A stretch of 63,852 nt of DNA, counting the filler, from Octopus bimaculoides (Eukaryota), in assembly GCF_001194135.2 (NCBI RefSeq). It is 3 parts of 3 records of this genome, joined end to end, with 100 filler letters (N's around TTAATTAATTAA, not from the genome) between each part and the next. Parts side by side here need not be neighbours in the genome. Positions count along the whole stretch, not along the records: positions 46,186 to 63,852 come from NC_068984.1; 2 more parts are not named here. The stretch is one strand, 5' to 3'. A program made the position numbers and the translations under genes. The notes below the pieces were generated by a model. The model worked only from the letters and a program-made list of their open reading frames with translations. It did not search any database and was not told where the DNA came from. Below, piece after piece: positions 51,444 to 63,620 of this stretch (position 1 is its first letter; the number at the start of each line of letters is the position of its first letter).

Positions 51444-51582
51444 ATATACGACAGGCTTCTTTCAGTTTCCGTCTACCAAATCCACTCACAAGGCTTTGGT
51501 TGGCCTAAGTTGTCACAAAGTGGGACTGAACCTGGAACAATGTGATTGGGAAGCAAGCTTCTTACCACACAGACACACCTGT
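50930..51582 (-). mobile_element. Adjacent SINE family A (50930-51128) and family B (51140-51582) copies
   Basis: Family motifs as above. Confidence 0.85.
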
Positions 51583-51587
51583 GCCTC

Positions 51588-51628
<41 letters not shown>

Positions 51629-52006
51629 TAACTTTATATCATATTTATTGGTGGTGGTGCTGTCATTGTTGCAGTGGTATTTTTTTTTATTTTATTATTT
51701 TTTTTTAAAGTTTCAGCTTAGAGCTGCGGCCATGGCACCAACGTATTGATTATTTTCCCTGCCATTGTTCCCACCCCCACCCATTTCTGCTGTCTCGGTT
51801 GTCACTACTGTTGTCAACATCAGAACATTAACTCTTCTATTCTGTCACCGTCTCCATGTCACCAACGCTCCCGGTTCACTTTATCACCGTAACTAAACTG
51901 TTCATTGTTAAATAACGTGTCTAAATGTCAAAACTCTGTTGTCCTAAATAATTTCATGTTTGTGAAGGAAAATAAAGTTGAATTAATCTTTCGTGTTGCC
52001 TCGTAG

Positions 52007-52086
52007 GATGAAGAGGGTGACTACATGGCGAAATTAGCAAAGCTCGTTAATGGAATGGGTCAGAATCTGTTTTCCTGTTATCAAAA
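52007..52086 (+). CDS. XPOT: Exportin-T internal exon
   Basis: Reads DEEGDYMAKLAKLVNGMGQNLFSCYQ(K), matching D.DFLARFSKLVNGMG..L; TAG/GTAAGT; 80 nt. Confidence 0.95.
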
Positions 52087-52474
52087 GTAAGTATGATAAT
52101 TTTGTGTTTGAGTAATTCCAAAAATGCCCTGTGACCTTTTGAAATGGAAGTCACTGCTTCCTGCAAGCAGCATGGATGTTCTTCATATGCTCTCTGTATA
52201 AAAATCTTTTTTTTTTTCTCGACTTATTCTTTGCATAAAATAAGTCTTACCAAGTTTGATTTTCTAAGTGTAAAATAACTGCAAAATAAAACATTGCTGT
52301 AAATAATGGGACTATTGTTAACAGCAGGCCTGGCAGTGTGGTAAGAAGTTTGCTTTCAAACCACATGGTTTTGGGTTCAGTCCTACTGTGTGGCACCTTG
52401 AAGTGTCTTCTACTCTAGCCCTGGGTTAACCAAAACCATGTGAGTGGATTTGATTGACAGAAACTGAAAGAAGC

Positions 52475-52701
52475 GGCGAGCTGGCAGAAACGTTTGCATG
52501 CCAGGCAAAATGCTTAGCAGTATTTTGTCTGCTGTTATGTTCTGAGTTCAAATTCCGCCAAGGTCCACTTTGCGTTTCATTCTTTTGGGGTCGATAAATT
52601 AAGTACCAGTTATGCCCTGGGGTCGATGTAATCGACTTAATCCCTTTGTCTGTCCTTGTTTTTCTCCTCTTTGTTTAGCCCCTTGTGGGCAATAAAGAAA
52701 T
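52475..52701 (+). mobile_element. SINE family A inserted into a family B SINE with a 13-bp target-site duplication
   Basis: AACTGAAAGAAGC at 52462-52474 and 52702-52714. Confidence 0.9.
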
Positions 52702-53833
52702 AACTGAAAGAAGCCTGTTGTGTGTGTGTGTGTGTATATTTGCATGCATATGTGTCTGTTACTGTCCCTTTACCATGTGTTCCCATGATAGTTGTAAGTG
52801 AATGTTACCATCATGCAAGTGGTGTCCTTTGCAATCTTCCATGAAGACATGTCTAGTCAGGGGGTGGGGTAGTATTTCCTTATTTGGAAACTTGTGAGGG
52901 TTGGTGATGGGAAGGGTATATCTGGCCATAGGAAATCTGCTTCAACAAATTCTGTCAGACCCCTGCAAGCATGGGAAAAGCAGACATTAAATGATGATGG
53001 AAACTTGAAAACAATTAGGTTTTTGTATCAGAGAATCAGAGATGATCTCAAGTAGTTTGATATCTGGAAGGTTCATGGTTTTGACTACTTTGGTAACTTG
53101 ATGCTGTCAGTAGTGTTGGTCTTTTGGTGCTGTCAGTTTTATCTTAAATGGTTCCTGTTTAGGAAGTACATATGTGAAATTCTGTTTTAACGTTCCATAT
53201 TGAAATATGAATTAATCAAATTATTTAGTCCATGCTGGCATTAAATGTGTAATTCTTAGCATTTAAACCAGCCAGATCCAGTCTCTTACACGTACCTTAC
53301 AATGTCATTCTAAAATTAAACAATCGCATCATTGAAATCTCAAAGCTACGAGATAAGCTGTGATTAATTCAAAACAATGCGAATAAATAAGCATTAGATT
53401 TAACAGAATAATTTGAATGCTAAAGGGAAATTATTTTTTCACTAATTCCCATATTCTCCAGTTCAGTATTTTTTTTTTGGTCGATGCCAATGTTGCCTGA
53501 CTAGCACCTGTGCTGGTGGCACGTAAAAAGCACCATCTGAAATGTGGCCGATGCCAGTGCCGCCTGACTAGCTCCTGTGCCGGTGGCATGTTAAAAAGCA
53601 TCCACTACACTCTCGGAGTGGTTGGTGTAAGGAAGGACATCCAGCTGTAGAAACATTGCCAGATCAGATTGGAGCCTGGTGCAACCTCCTGGCTTGCCAG
53701 TCTTCAGTCAAACCATCCAGCCTGTGCCAGCATAGAAAGCAGATGTTAACGATAATGATGATGTATCCAAGCATCACTGCAGTCCAATGATTGAAATTAA
53801 TAAAAAAAAATAAAATTCATTTTTCTTCTTCAG

Positions 53834-54026
53834 AATGTTAAAAACTGACATAAATTCAGCATTGACCTGTTTACAAGCCATCGAGAGGAAGCTGCCCCTT
53901 GTATTGCGTTTCCTTAGTCATGAAGATGACGACATCTCAGAAGCTGTGATTGGTTTTGCACAAGATTATATTGGACTCCTGAAACAGTCTCCAAACTTGA
54001 CTCCAAGACAGAGAGAAAATATTCAG
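53834..54026 (+). CDS. XPOT: Exportin-T internal exon
   Basis: Reads (K)MLKTDINSALTCLQAIERKLPLVLRFLSHEDDDISEAVIGFAQDYIGLLKQSPNLTPRQRENIQ, with the conserved EDDDIS motif; CAG/GTGAGT; 193 nt. Confidence 0.96.
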
Positions 54027-55182
54027 GTGAGTGAAATATATGAATCTCTTCACCATTGAACTCAATAATTTTTTTTAAAGAATTTTGGCACACGATCAGC
54101 AATATTGATGGGTGGGTGAAGTCCATTACATCAACCCCAGGGCTCAACAGGTACTTAATTTTATCCACCCACGAAGGAATGAAAGGCAGATTTGATCTTG
54201 GTGGGATTTGAGCTCAAACTTGAAAGAGCCACAAGAAATGCCACTGAACATTTTTGTTTGACGCACTAACAATTCTGCCAGTTCATTGCCTTATGTTTTG
54301 GAATTCAATATTGGTTCAGATTGACTACAGTTTCATCATTTTCTATTAGAAAGTGCAGAACTGCAGAATGATCTGCTAAAAGAAATCATCATCGTCATTG
54401 CTTAACATCTGTTTTCCATGCTGGCATAAATTGGATGGTTTGTGTGAAGTGTGGAAAGCCAGTGGTTGCTCCAGTCTGATCTGGCAATGTTTCTACAGCT
54501 GGATGCCTTTCCTAATGCCAACTCCTCTGAGAGTGTAGTGGGTGCTTTTTACGTGCCACCGGCACAGGAGCCAGTCAGACGGCACTGGCATCGACCACAT
54601 TTCAGATGGTGCTTTTTACGTGCCACTAGCACAGGAGCCAGTCAGGTGGCCCTGGCATCGATCATGTTCAGATAGTGCCTTTTACATGCCACCAGCATGC
54701 GAGCAAGCAAGAAAAAAACAACGCATCAAACAAGAAAAATAATTTCACTCCCAGAAAAAGTCACATAACAAAGAAACTAGTCATTCAATTAAATCACTCA
54801 TAACTTGCAGTGTGACCATAGAAGTAATTGCATGTTCCCCATCACCACAGCATTTACAGTGGGGCCCAGAGGCAGCAGTTCAGGGGGCCAAATTAGGAAA
54901 ACTGGGAAGCCACATGATATTGTGTCACATGGTTCTTTGAGGTTGGACACAAACTGTTTTTTTCTCACCAGTCAGGAGTCCTTCCTTTTCTCCTTTCACC
55001 AAAGCATTAAGAAAACCAGTGTAATTTATTTAGTGTAGGTGATAGAAGCCAAATGTTTTCTTTTCCAATATTTCAGCAAGTACTTATGAATTGAATTTAT
55101 ATCAATGGTTCTCAACTGTGGCTCCCAGAGCTGCAAGCGGCCCTCAAGCTTCCTTCTGACAGCTCTGGATGGAGTTCCCTCT

Positions 55183-55418
55183 ATCATCATCATCATCATC
55201 ATCATCGTTTAACGTCCGCTTTCCATGCTAGCATGGGTTGGACGATTTGACTGAGGACTGGTGAAACCGGATGGCAACACCAGGCTCCAGTCTGATTTGG
55301 CAGAGTTTCTACAGCTGGATGCCCTTCCTAACGCCAACCACTCAGAGAGTGTAGTGGGTGCTTTTACGTGTCACCCGCACGAAAACGGCCACGCTCGAAA
55401 TGGTGTCTTTTATGTGCC
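55183..55418 (-). mobile_element. Young RTE-associated 3' tail copy, broken at a gap
   Basis: Differs from 63621-63852 at one position in my by-eye comparison of about 210 bp. Confidence 0.9.
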
Positions 55419-56253
55419 NNNNNNNNNNNNNNNNNNNNNNNNNNNNNNNNNNNNNNNNNNNNNNNNNNNNNNNNNNNNNNNNNNNNNNNNNNNNNNNNNN
55501 NNNNNNNNNNNNNNNNNNNNNNNNNNNNNNNNNNNNNNNNNNNNNNNNNNNNNNNNNNNNNNNNNNNNNNNNNNNNNNNNNNNNNNNNNNNNNNNNNNNN
55601 NNNNNNNNNNNNNNNNNNNNNNNNNNNNNNNNNNNNNNNNNNNNNNNNNNNNNNNNNNNNNNNNNNNNNNNNNNNNNNNNNNNNNNNNNNNNNNNNNNNN
55701 NNNNNNNNNNNNNNNNNNNNNNNNNNNNNNNNNNNNNNNNNNNNNNNNNNNNNNNNNNNNNNNNNNNNNNNNNNNNNNNNNNNNNNNNNNNNNNNNNNNN
55801 NNNNNNNNNNNNNNNNNNNNNNNNNNNNNNNNNNNNNNNNNNNNNNNNNNNNNNNNNNNNNNNNNNNNNNNNNNNNNNNNNNNNNNNNNNNNNNNNNNNN
55901 NNNNNNNNNNNNNNNNNNNNNNNNNNNNNNNNNNNNNNNNNNNNNNNNNNNNNNNNNNNNNNNNNNNNNNNNNNNNNNNNNNNNNNNNNNNNNNNNNNNN
56001 NNNNNNNNNNNNNNNNNNNNNNNNNNNNNNNNNNNNNNNNNNNNNNNNNNNNNNNNNNNNNNNNNNNNNNNNNNNNNNNGGCATGTGCGCTTTCTGCGTG
56101 GGGGCCTGGTGCGTGGGCTTGGGGGAGTGCATTCCACATGGGGGCTCGGCAGTGCTTTCCACGTGGGGGCTGGCACGGGGCTTGTTTTACATGGCATAAC
56201 CTCCTGTTTTCTGCTAACATGCAGTTTTAAGGTGTTATTTTTAACTCTTTCAG

Positions 56254-56325
56254 GGAGAGGAAGAAGCCATGTTCCAAGATTACAGAAAGCAGGTGAAGAT
56301 CATATTCAATAACCTTGCTCAGCTG
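56254..56325 (+). CDS. XPOT: Exportin-T internal exon
   Basis: Reads GEEEAMFQDYRKQVKIIFNNLAQL, matching GEDEAMF.EYRKQLK.L...LAQ; CAG/GTAAGC; 72 nt. Confidence 0.96.
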
Positions 56326-57775
56326 GTAAGCGTTTATCCTTTAACAGCATTCATTTGTTCATTCATTTTTATGTCTCTTTTTCCATGCTAGCATGGGTTC
56401 AATGAGTAGTTCTTGTTGCAGCATTAATTTACAACCTAATGCCATTCTTGTTGCTAACCCTTACGGTTTTCAAACAAAGAATTTATTTTTTTGTTTATTA
56501 TTGGAAAGTCCAGAGCTGCAGAATGATCTGCTAAAAGGAATCGACCACGTTCGGATGGTGCTTTTTATGTGCCACCAGCATGGGAGCCAGTCAGGCGGAC
56601 AGTCAACTTAATATTACCTTTGTTCAAATGGTTTCATTTGAAGATGACAAATGTAAATACACACAAACATACATGCACAGAGCACACATGCAAATAAACA
56701 TGCACATACCTGTACACACAACACATGCATACTTATAAATTGTTTTTCCTGAAGTTATAGGGCCTTTCTTGTCATATCTGCACACATATATATATGCAAG
56801 CCTGGGCAAGAATTTATTTTTTTCTTCAGTGAGATTAACAGGTTCCTATGTTTGCAAGTTTTCCCTCCAACCACTGATGTGTATCCAAGGGAAAGCCTGT
56901 GTATATGGGGACAAGCATAGTGGTGTAGCTAAGAAGTCTGCTTGCCAACTCCATGGATTTGGGTTCAGTCCCACTGTGGAATCTTGGGCAGATGTCTTCT
57001 TTAGCCCCAGGCCGACCAAACTCTTGTGACTGAATTTGGTAGATGGAAACTGAAAGCAGACTGCTGTCAATTGTCCTCATCATCATTTAACATCTATTTT
57101 CCATGCTGGCAAGGGTTGGATGGTTTGACAGGTTCTGGCCAGCCTGAGAGCTGCACCAGGCTCTAGTTATTTGTTTTGGGCATGGTTTCTTTAGCTGGAT
57201 GCTCTTTTAATGCAACCACTTTACAGAGAGTACTGGGTGGTTTTTATGTGGCACCAGTCTGTGTGTCATCATCAAGGTTTAACATCCGTTTTCCATGCTG
57301 GCATGAGCTGGATGGTTTGACTGAGGTCTGGAGAGCCAGCAGCTGCACCAGGCTCCAATCTAATCTGGTAACCACTCCAAGAGTGTAGTGGGTGCTTTTT
57401 ACATGCCACTGGCACAGCCAGTCAGGAGACCCTGGCATTGATCACATTCTGATAGTGCTTTTTATGTGCACACCATCAGCACGGGAGCCAGTCAGGGAGT
57501 ACTGGTATCGGCCATGTTTGGATGGTGCTTTTTTATGTCCCACCGGCACAAGAGGTGTTTACATTTGCACTTCTACAAAACTTGCACTTGTGTGAGCACT
57601 GATGTTCTTATTTCCTCTGCCTATGTGCAATCTTGTGGCTCTGCACTTTCAAGGAACAGATAAAACATCTGGCTGTAAAGCAATGCCCCAATATATTAGT
57701 TCAACCCAATCCAGCATGGAAAAACAGATGTAAAAACAAACGAATATATAATTTATGCGTATTCTTTAATTGCAG

Positions 57776-57904
57776 GATTCAGATATGGTTTTAATGACTG
57801 TACATTCAGTTCTGTCAAATATGCTTTCTCAGTGGAAAACTTTGGAGTTTTGGGATGTTGAGATGCCAATTATGTTAATGTATATGCTTGGAGAAGCCCT
57901 TCCT
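57776..57904 (+). CDS. XPOT: Exportin-T internal exon
   Basis: Reads DSDMVLMTVHSVLSNMLSQWKTLEFWDVEMPIMLMYMLGEALP, matching W....F..VE.AI.LLY.L.EALP; CAG/GTAAGT; 129 nt. Confidence 0.95.
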
Positions 57905-59405
57905 GTAAGTTAACTATTTCTTTGGTTTTGATATTCTAAAATTAATCTCTTTTCTGTTTTATTACTTTTGATAATGTTTAGCAACATATATTTAAAAATA
58001 TAATTATATTAATCTACTTGCCGTATGGCATGACATAGTTCAGCCCTTTCATTTAAAGTTTTAATTTTGTATTTTTTTACTCTTAACCCTTCAACATTTA
58101 AACTGGCCATAAATCCAGCCTAAATATTCTTCCTGTTTTATGCTCAAACTGGTCAGATCTGGCCTCTCACACCTACCCAACAATGTCATTCTAAAAACAG
58201 TCACATTATTGAAATTTGAAAGCTACAAAGTAATACCTGAGTAATTCAAAGTAATGTGGATATACAAGCATTACGTTTGAGAGAATAATATGAATGCTAA
58301 AGGCTTAAACAAAGCAAGGAAGCATTTCTCTAGTTGTGGTGTCTGATGAAATGATAACTTAACCAAACTGTGGGAATAATGTGAGATGGATAACTTGCTT
58401 AGGGAGAACACAATGCAATTTCTAGATAGTCTTGGAATGGAACTACTATTGTTGTTTAGCCCCAATTTAGTCTGATTGAGATGATGTAAGGTGGAAGACA
58501 TTCCAGCCATGACTATTTCATGAATTTCCTTTTGTAGCCAGTTTATATCTTGGGAGAATATTGTTCAATATTTTTAAGATGATAAAGTTTGATTTGGTGA
58601 AGATTTTAGTTGCTTTTTCTTGCAAGTCAAGTAACCACATAGAGGCTGGTTTGTTTACTAGTGTATATGAATGCTGCTGGAACCACTGGAAACTAGTTAA
58701 TAAGATGCCTTATAATCACGGTTGGTGGTTTGTATTTTGTATGGGCATTGAGGAGCTGTCATGGCTAAGAGACTTAGCTCTCAATGGCCCAATTCATTTA
58801 GCTGTAAACAGATAAAGCTCACTACCTTAAGCAATTGTAGCAGTGTAAAACTCACAAGTGACTTGATTGGCCTTGTAATTTGGAGTTCAATTCCACGTGT
58901 GTATGTGTGATTCGGAGTTGGGTCACACTAGCTTAAGTACTTTTGTAGCTGTAACATAAGTCAAACATCAAAAAGTCAAATCAGAAGACATTATGCAAAG
59001 AGAAAATGCAAAGTTAATCCTTGACCAATATTATTTTAATTCAAGCAAGCACAGGGTGCAATTGAGGATAGGTTCCCTCCTTATTAGACCTCATCAGTGA
59101 AGTATAGATTTACCTGTATTTAATGAGAGAATTGTGAAGTAAATATTGAAGAAAGTACACTTGTTGATGTAGAAGAGAGAAATGTTCAGAAACTCTGAGA
59201 TGTCATTCACATAAAACAGTAGTTAGGCCGAAATGTAGTTTGCTAGCCTGCATTTTGTATTTCTTAAAGTGTTTTGTACAAAAAACTGTCCATTTGTAAT
59301 GCATTCATGTGTGCATATAGGAACAGTCAGTGATATATAAGTGCTTTTATTTGATAATTTGAATCTAAAAAAAACAAACTTTTTTTTTATCTCTTTTAAT
59401 TTTAG

Positions 59406-59471
59406 TCTTCCAATCAAAGTTTTAATGGTTGCAAGGAGAAGCCTTCCCCTTTGCAAGAAATGATGCGATTG
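59406..59471 (+). CDS. XPOT: Exportin-T internal exon
   Basis: Reads SSNQSFNGCKEKPSPLQEMMRL, matching ..K.S.LQ.MMR.L; TAG/GTAAGT; 66 nt; phase 0-0. Confidence 0.9.
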
Positions 59472-59925
59472 GTAAGTGTTTATTTTTCAATATCCTGGTT
59501 ATACAACCTATTTGTACACTGCTAACACATTTTTCACTGTAGATTAAAGGAGTTTCACTCTGTGAAGAAATTTCCCCATTTTGTCTTGATTAGTCACATC
59601 AAGAATCTGCAGTTTAATTATTTGGGAATTTCTGCAATAAGGATATTTTTTTGTATTTTCCATTATTTCTGGTTACTGTAGACTGCTCATGTAATTCAAT
59701 TATTTTTTAAGTCAAACAAGATCATGTTAGAATTTGGTAAAATACCTGAAACTTTCTTTTGTTTGTTGCTAGAAATGAACTGATATTTGGAAGACAGTCT
59801 AGAATCCCAGAAACTGTAATTTGAAGAACAATAGTCTGCTGATTCCGTCTAATGTTCACATCAGTCAAAATTATAATGAGATCCAATATAAAATATCCAA
59901 AAGTCTTTGATATTAGAATGTAAGC

Positions 59926-60600
59926 CCCCTGAGAGAAAAGTTGGACATAAGAAGCATCAGATGTGGTGTGCAAGAGAGATGACTGCGCTGGTATGGTCAT
60001 GTGTTGCATGTGGATGAGGACAGCTGTGTGAAAAAGTGCCACACCCTAGCGGTTGAGGGAACCTGTGGAAGAGGTAGACCCAGGGAGACCTGGGATGAGG
60101 TGGTGAAGCACAACCTTCGAACATTAGGCCTCACAGAGGTAATGACAAGTGACCAAGACCTTTGGAGATTAAGAAAACCCAGCAAGCCAAGTGAGATCGT
60201 GGCTAATGCCAGTGTCGCATAACTGGCCTGTTTAAAAGTACCCTTCAATCGTTGGGCAATATGCTGTGCTTGAGAAGACCTATTGAGTCAAGTGAAATCA
60301 TAGTTGTGGCTGATGCCAGTGCTGCCTGACTGGCTCCTGTGCCGGTGGCATGTAAAAAGCACCATCCAAGTGTAGTTGATGCCAGTGCTGCCTGACTGGC
60401 TCTTGTGCTGGTGGCACGTAAAAAGCACCCACTACACTCTCGGAGTGGTTAGTGTAGGAAGGGCATCCAGCTGTAGAAACCTTGCCAGATCAGATTGAAG
60501 CCTGGTGCAGCCTCCTGTCTTGCCAGTCGTCAGTCAAACTGTCCAACCTATGTCAGCATGGAAAGCGGATGTTAAATGATGACGATGATTATGATTAGAA
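59926..60600 (+). mobile_element. RTE LINE 3' end: ORF C-terminus, tandem-unit UTR and (GAT)n tail
   Basis: Reads WYGHVLHVDEDSCVKKCHTLAVEGTCGRGRPRETWDEVVKHNLRTLGLTEVMTSDQDLWR. Confidence 0.9.
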
Positions 60601-61315
60601 TGAACTGATATTTCATAGTTAGCTTAAAGAGAATTTTTACAGATTGGTAGTTTGTGATCCTGGGCAGTCTTTGATGGATTTGGTACATACAGAGGAAAAA
60701 GAAAAAAAATGGAAGTTTTTAAATGGTTTAACTATCTGGATAAATGTATTAAACCTATTTCTTGCAATTAACGTTTTTGATTCCAACCTACCTGTGACTA
60801 CCCCTAAATCTGGGATAGAAATTCCTCAGCATTAAAACCTATTGTCAAAATTCAATGTTAATTTACATTCCAAATACCAGCTCAATAATTACTGTTATAT
60901 TACCAAATTCTCCATTATTTTCAAAAGTAATCGAAACAAAGCCAATGTATTTCAACAGAAATATGGTAACAAAATGGTCAAAGTGATAAACAGCAAACTT
61001 TTCATCAAAATTTCATATTAATTTATGGTTCAAACACTAGCTTAACGAAGGATAATTATTCTTCATTTTCAAAATGAATTGAAACAAAAGTTGGGCTTTT
61101 CAACAGAAATTCGGAAACAAAAAGATAAATGTTTTATTTTTAGGCAGCAGTGTTGCTTTCTTTTTTCCACTCAGTTTTAGCTCCCAGCCTATATATATTA
61201 GTGTAAAATAATATTTAGTTAAACTCAAATGCTTTTTCCTGTATTTTTTTTTTTGTTTTGTTTAAAATTTGTGCTGAATTTTTTTTTTTCTTCTTTTTAT
61301 CTTATCCATTTTCAG

Positions 61316-61435
61316 CTAGTATCTTCAGGTGTTAGCTGTCATAAACACAGCTGTGTTCAACTTCAGGTTCTGGAGTCAGTGGTGCGCTATGAAAAGTTTT
61401 TTAATACAGAACCAGAATATATTCCAGATGTTTTG
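61316..61435 (+). CDS. XPOT: Exportin-T internal exon
   Basis: Reads LVSSGVSCHKHSCVQLQVLESVVRYEKFFNTEPEYIPDVL, with conserved ETVVRYEKFF..EP..IP.VL; CAG/GTTTGT; 120 nt. Confidence 0.96.
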
Positions 61436-62079
61436 GTTTGTAATGTTTTTAAATTACGAAAAAAATATTTTTTGTTATCTTGCAAAACTAGTTCATTTGT
61501 AAATTCAGACCGTCCAACCCATGCCAGCATGGAAAGCGGACGTTAAACAATGATAATGATGATGATTTTAAAGTCTCATTTGAAATGTATAACTTTATAG
61601 TCATTTAAANNNNNNNNNNNNNNNNNNNNNNNNNNNNNNNNNNNNNNNNNNNNNNNNNNNNNNNNNNNNNNNNNNNNNNNNNNNNNNNNNNNNNNNNNNN
61701 NNNNNNNNNNNNNNNNNNNNNNNNNNNNNNNNNNNNNNNNNNNNNNNNNNNNNNNNNNNNNNNNNNNNNNNNNNNNNNNNNNNNNNNNNNNNNNNNNNNN
61801 NNNNNNNNNNNNNNNNNNNNNNNNNNNNNNNNNNNNNNNNNNNNNNNNNNNNNNNNNNNNNNNNNNNNNNNNNNNNNNNNNNNNNNNNNNNNNNNNNNNN
61901 NNNNNNNNNNNNNNNNNNNNNNNNNNNNNNNNNNNNNNNNNNNNNNNNNNNNNNNNNNNNNNNNNNNNNNNNNNNNNNNNNNNNNNNNNNNNNNNNNNNN
62001 NNNNNNNNNNNNNNNNNNNNNNNNNNNNNNNNNNNNNNNNNNNNNNNNNNNNNNNNNNNNNNNNNNNNNNNNNNNNNNN

Positions 62080-62112
<33 letters not shown>

Positions 62113-62383
62113 GATACATATATAGGACGGGCTTCTTTCAGTTTCCGTCTACCAAATCCACTCACAAGGCTCTGGTCGGCCCGAGGCTATAGCAGAAGAC
62201 ACTTGCCCAAGGTGCAACGCAGTGGGACTGAACCCGGGACCATGTGGTTGGTAAGCATGCTACTTACCACACAGCCACTGTTATAGGTCTATAATGCATT
62301 TTAGATCTGATTTTATTTGATTTAGAAATGGATTTTGAACTGAAATTAAGTTGAGTTTTTCTTTTTTTATTTTCTTTTTTCAG

Positions 62384-62478
62384 ATGGCTTTTCTAGATGA
62401 GCGAGGACTTCGAAATAAATCACCACAAGTCCGCAGCAGAGCAGCCTATCTATTTTCTCGTTTTGTAAAAGTTTTAAA
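62384..62478 (+). CDS. XPOT: Exportin-T internal exon, last exon visible
   Basis: Reads MAFLDERGLRNKSPQVRSRAAYLFSRFVKVL(K), with conserved AFLD.RGLR....VRSR.AYLFSRFVK; CAG/GTAAGT; 95 nt. Confidence 0.97.
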
Positions 62479-63620
62479 GTAAGTTTCGTATTTTAGACAA
62501 TTTGTATTAATTTTACTAAGAATGTGTTATTTCATATGTAATTTTGAAATTTATTTACTTTTCTTTATTGGAAATCTAGATTCAATAATTTAAAAAATAT
62601 TTTGATTGTTTTCAATGTCTATTCATATTTCAAGAAGCTTGTTGACATGGCAACCTCTTCAAGCTAAATGGCAATGCTTGCTTTGTTTTTTCTTTTTTTT
62701 TAAATAAAATTTTAAAGAAAGTATGCTGTAGGTGTCAGCATGACAGCATGGTTAAGAAGTTTCCTTCCTAAGCTTACTAAGCATATAGTTTTGTGTCCAG
62801 GCCAAAATACAAGTGGTGGTGTTATCAGGTCTCTTGTTAATAAGTCATCCACCCTTTCACACTTTACCCCTTTTTGAAGCCATGTGGAATAGATCAATTA
62901 CTTAAAAAAACCATAAGGGTTAGTGCTTAGAAGGACATTTGGTTGTAAAACAGTGCTTCAATAACCCATGCAAGAATTTAAAAATACATGTTGGTAGCAT
63001 GTAAAAAGCACCCACTACACTCACAGAGTGGTTGGCGTTAGGAAGGGCGTCCAGCTGTAGAAACATTGCCAGATCAGACTGGAGCCTGGTACAGCCTTCT
63101 GGCCTGCCAGTTCTCATTCAAATTGTCCAGCATGGAAAGCAGACGTTAAACGATGATGATGAAGATGAATGGACATTTAAAGACTAACAAATGCTTGTTA
63201 TACTGTTCAGAGAAGAAAAAGAAAAGGAAATTTATACAAAGTATGAGAGAGGGCATACAGCCATGGAAATCATTCCAAACTTTAAAATATTTAAACGACA
63301 CATGGTTGCCTGACATAGCAAGAATAACTTTGAATAAGGACTGACTTTGGTTGTGAAGACCCTTGAAACCTCTGCTAACACGGATATTGAAAGTGGACAT
63401 AATGCAATGATGATGATGATATACACATATATGCAACAATTTCATAAAACAACTGAGTGTACGATCTTGGTTGTGGCTTTGGAAGTGAGAATGACTACAT
63501 GTCACACACCAATTCCATATTTGATTGGCAATTACCAATATAGGGACCAAGGAAAATAAAAAGGACAGTTCTGTTTTACCTATGAAATATTCTACATTTG
63601 AGAAACTTGGAATCAGGTAG

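Noticed and set aside
55078-55110. TTTCAG|CAAGTACTTATG as the missing XPOT exon
   Set aside because: There is an in-frame TGA after five codons and no YDE..NF motif.
26667-62478. U12-type or non-canonical introns in EIF2B5 or XPOT
   Set aside because: All inferred boundaries are GT-AG, and none has the GTATCCTT U12 donor.
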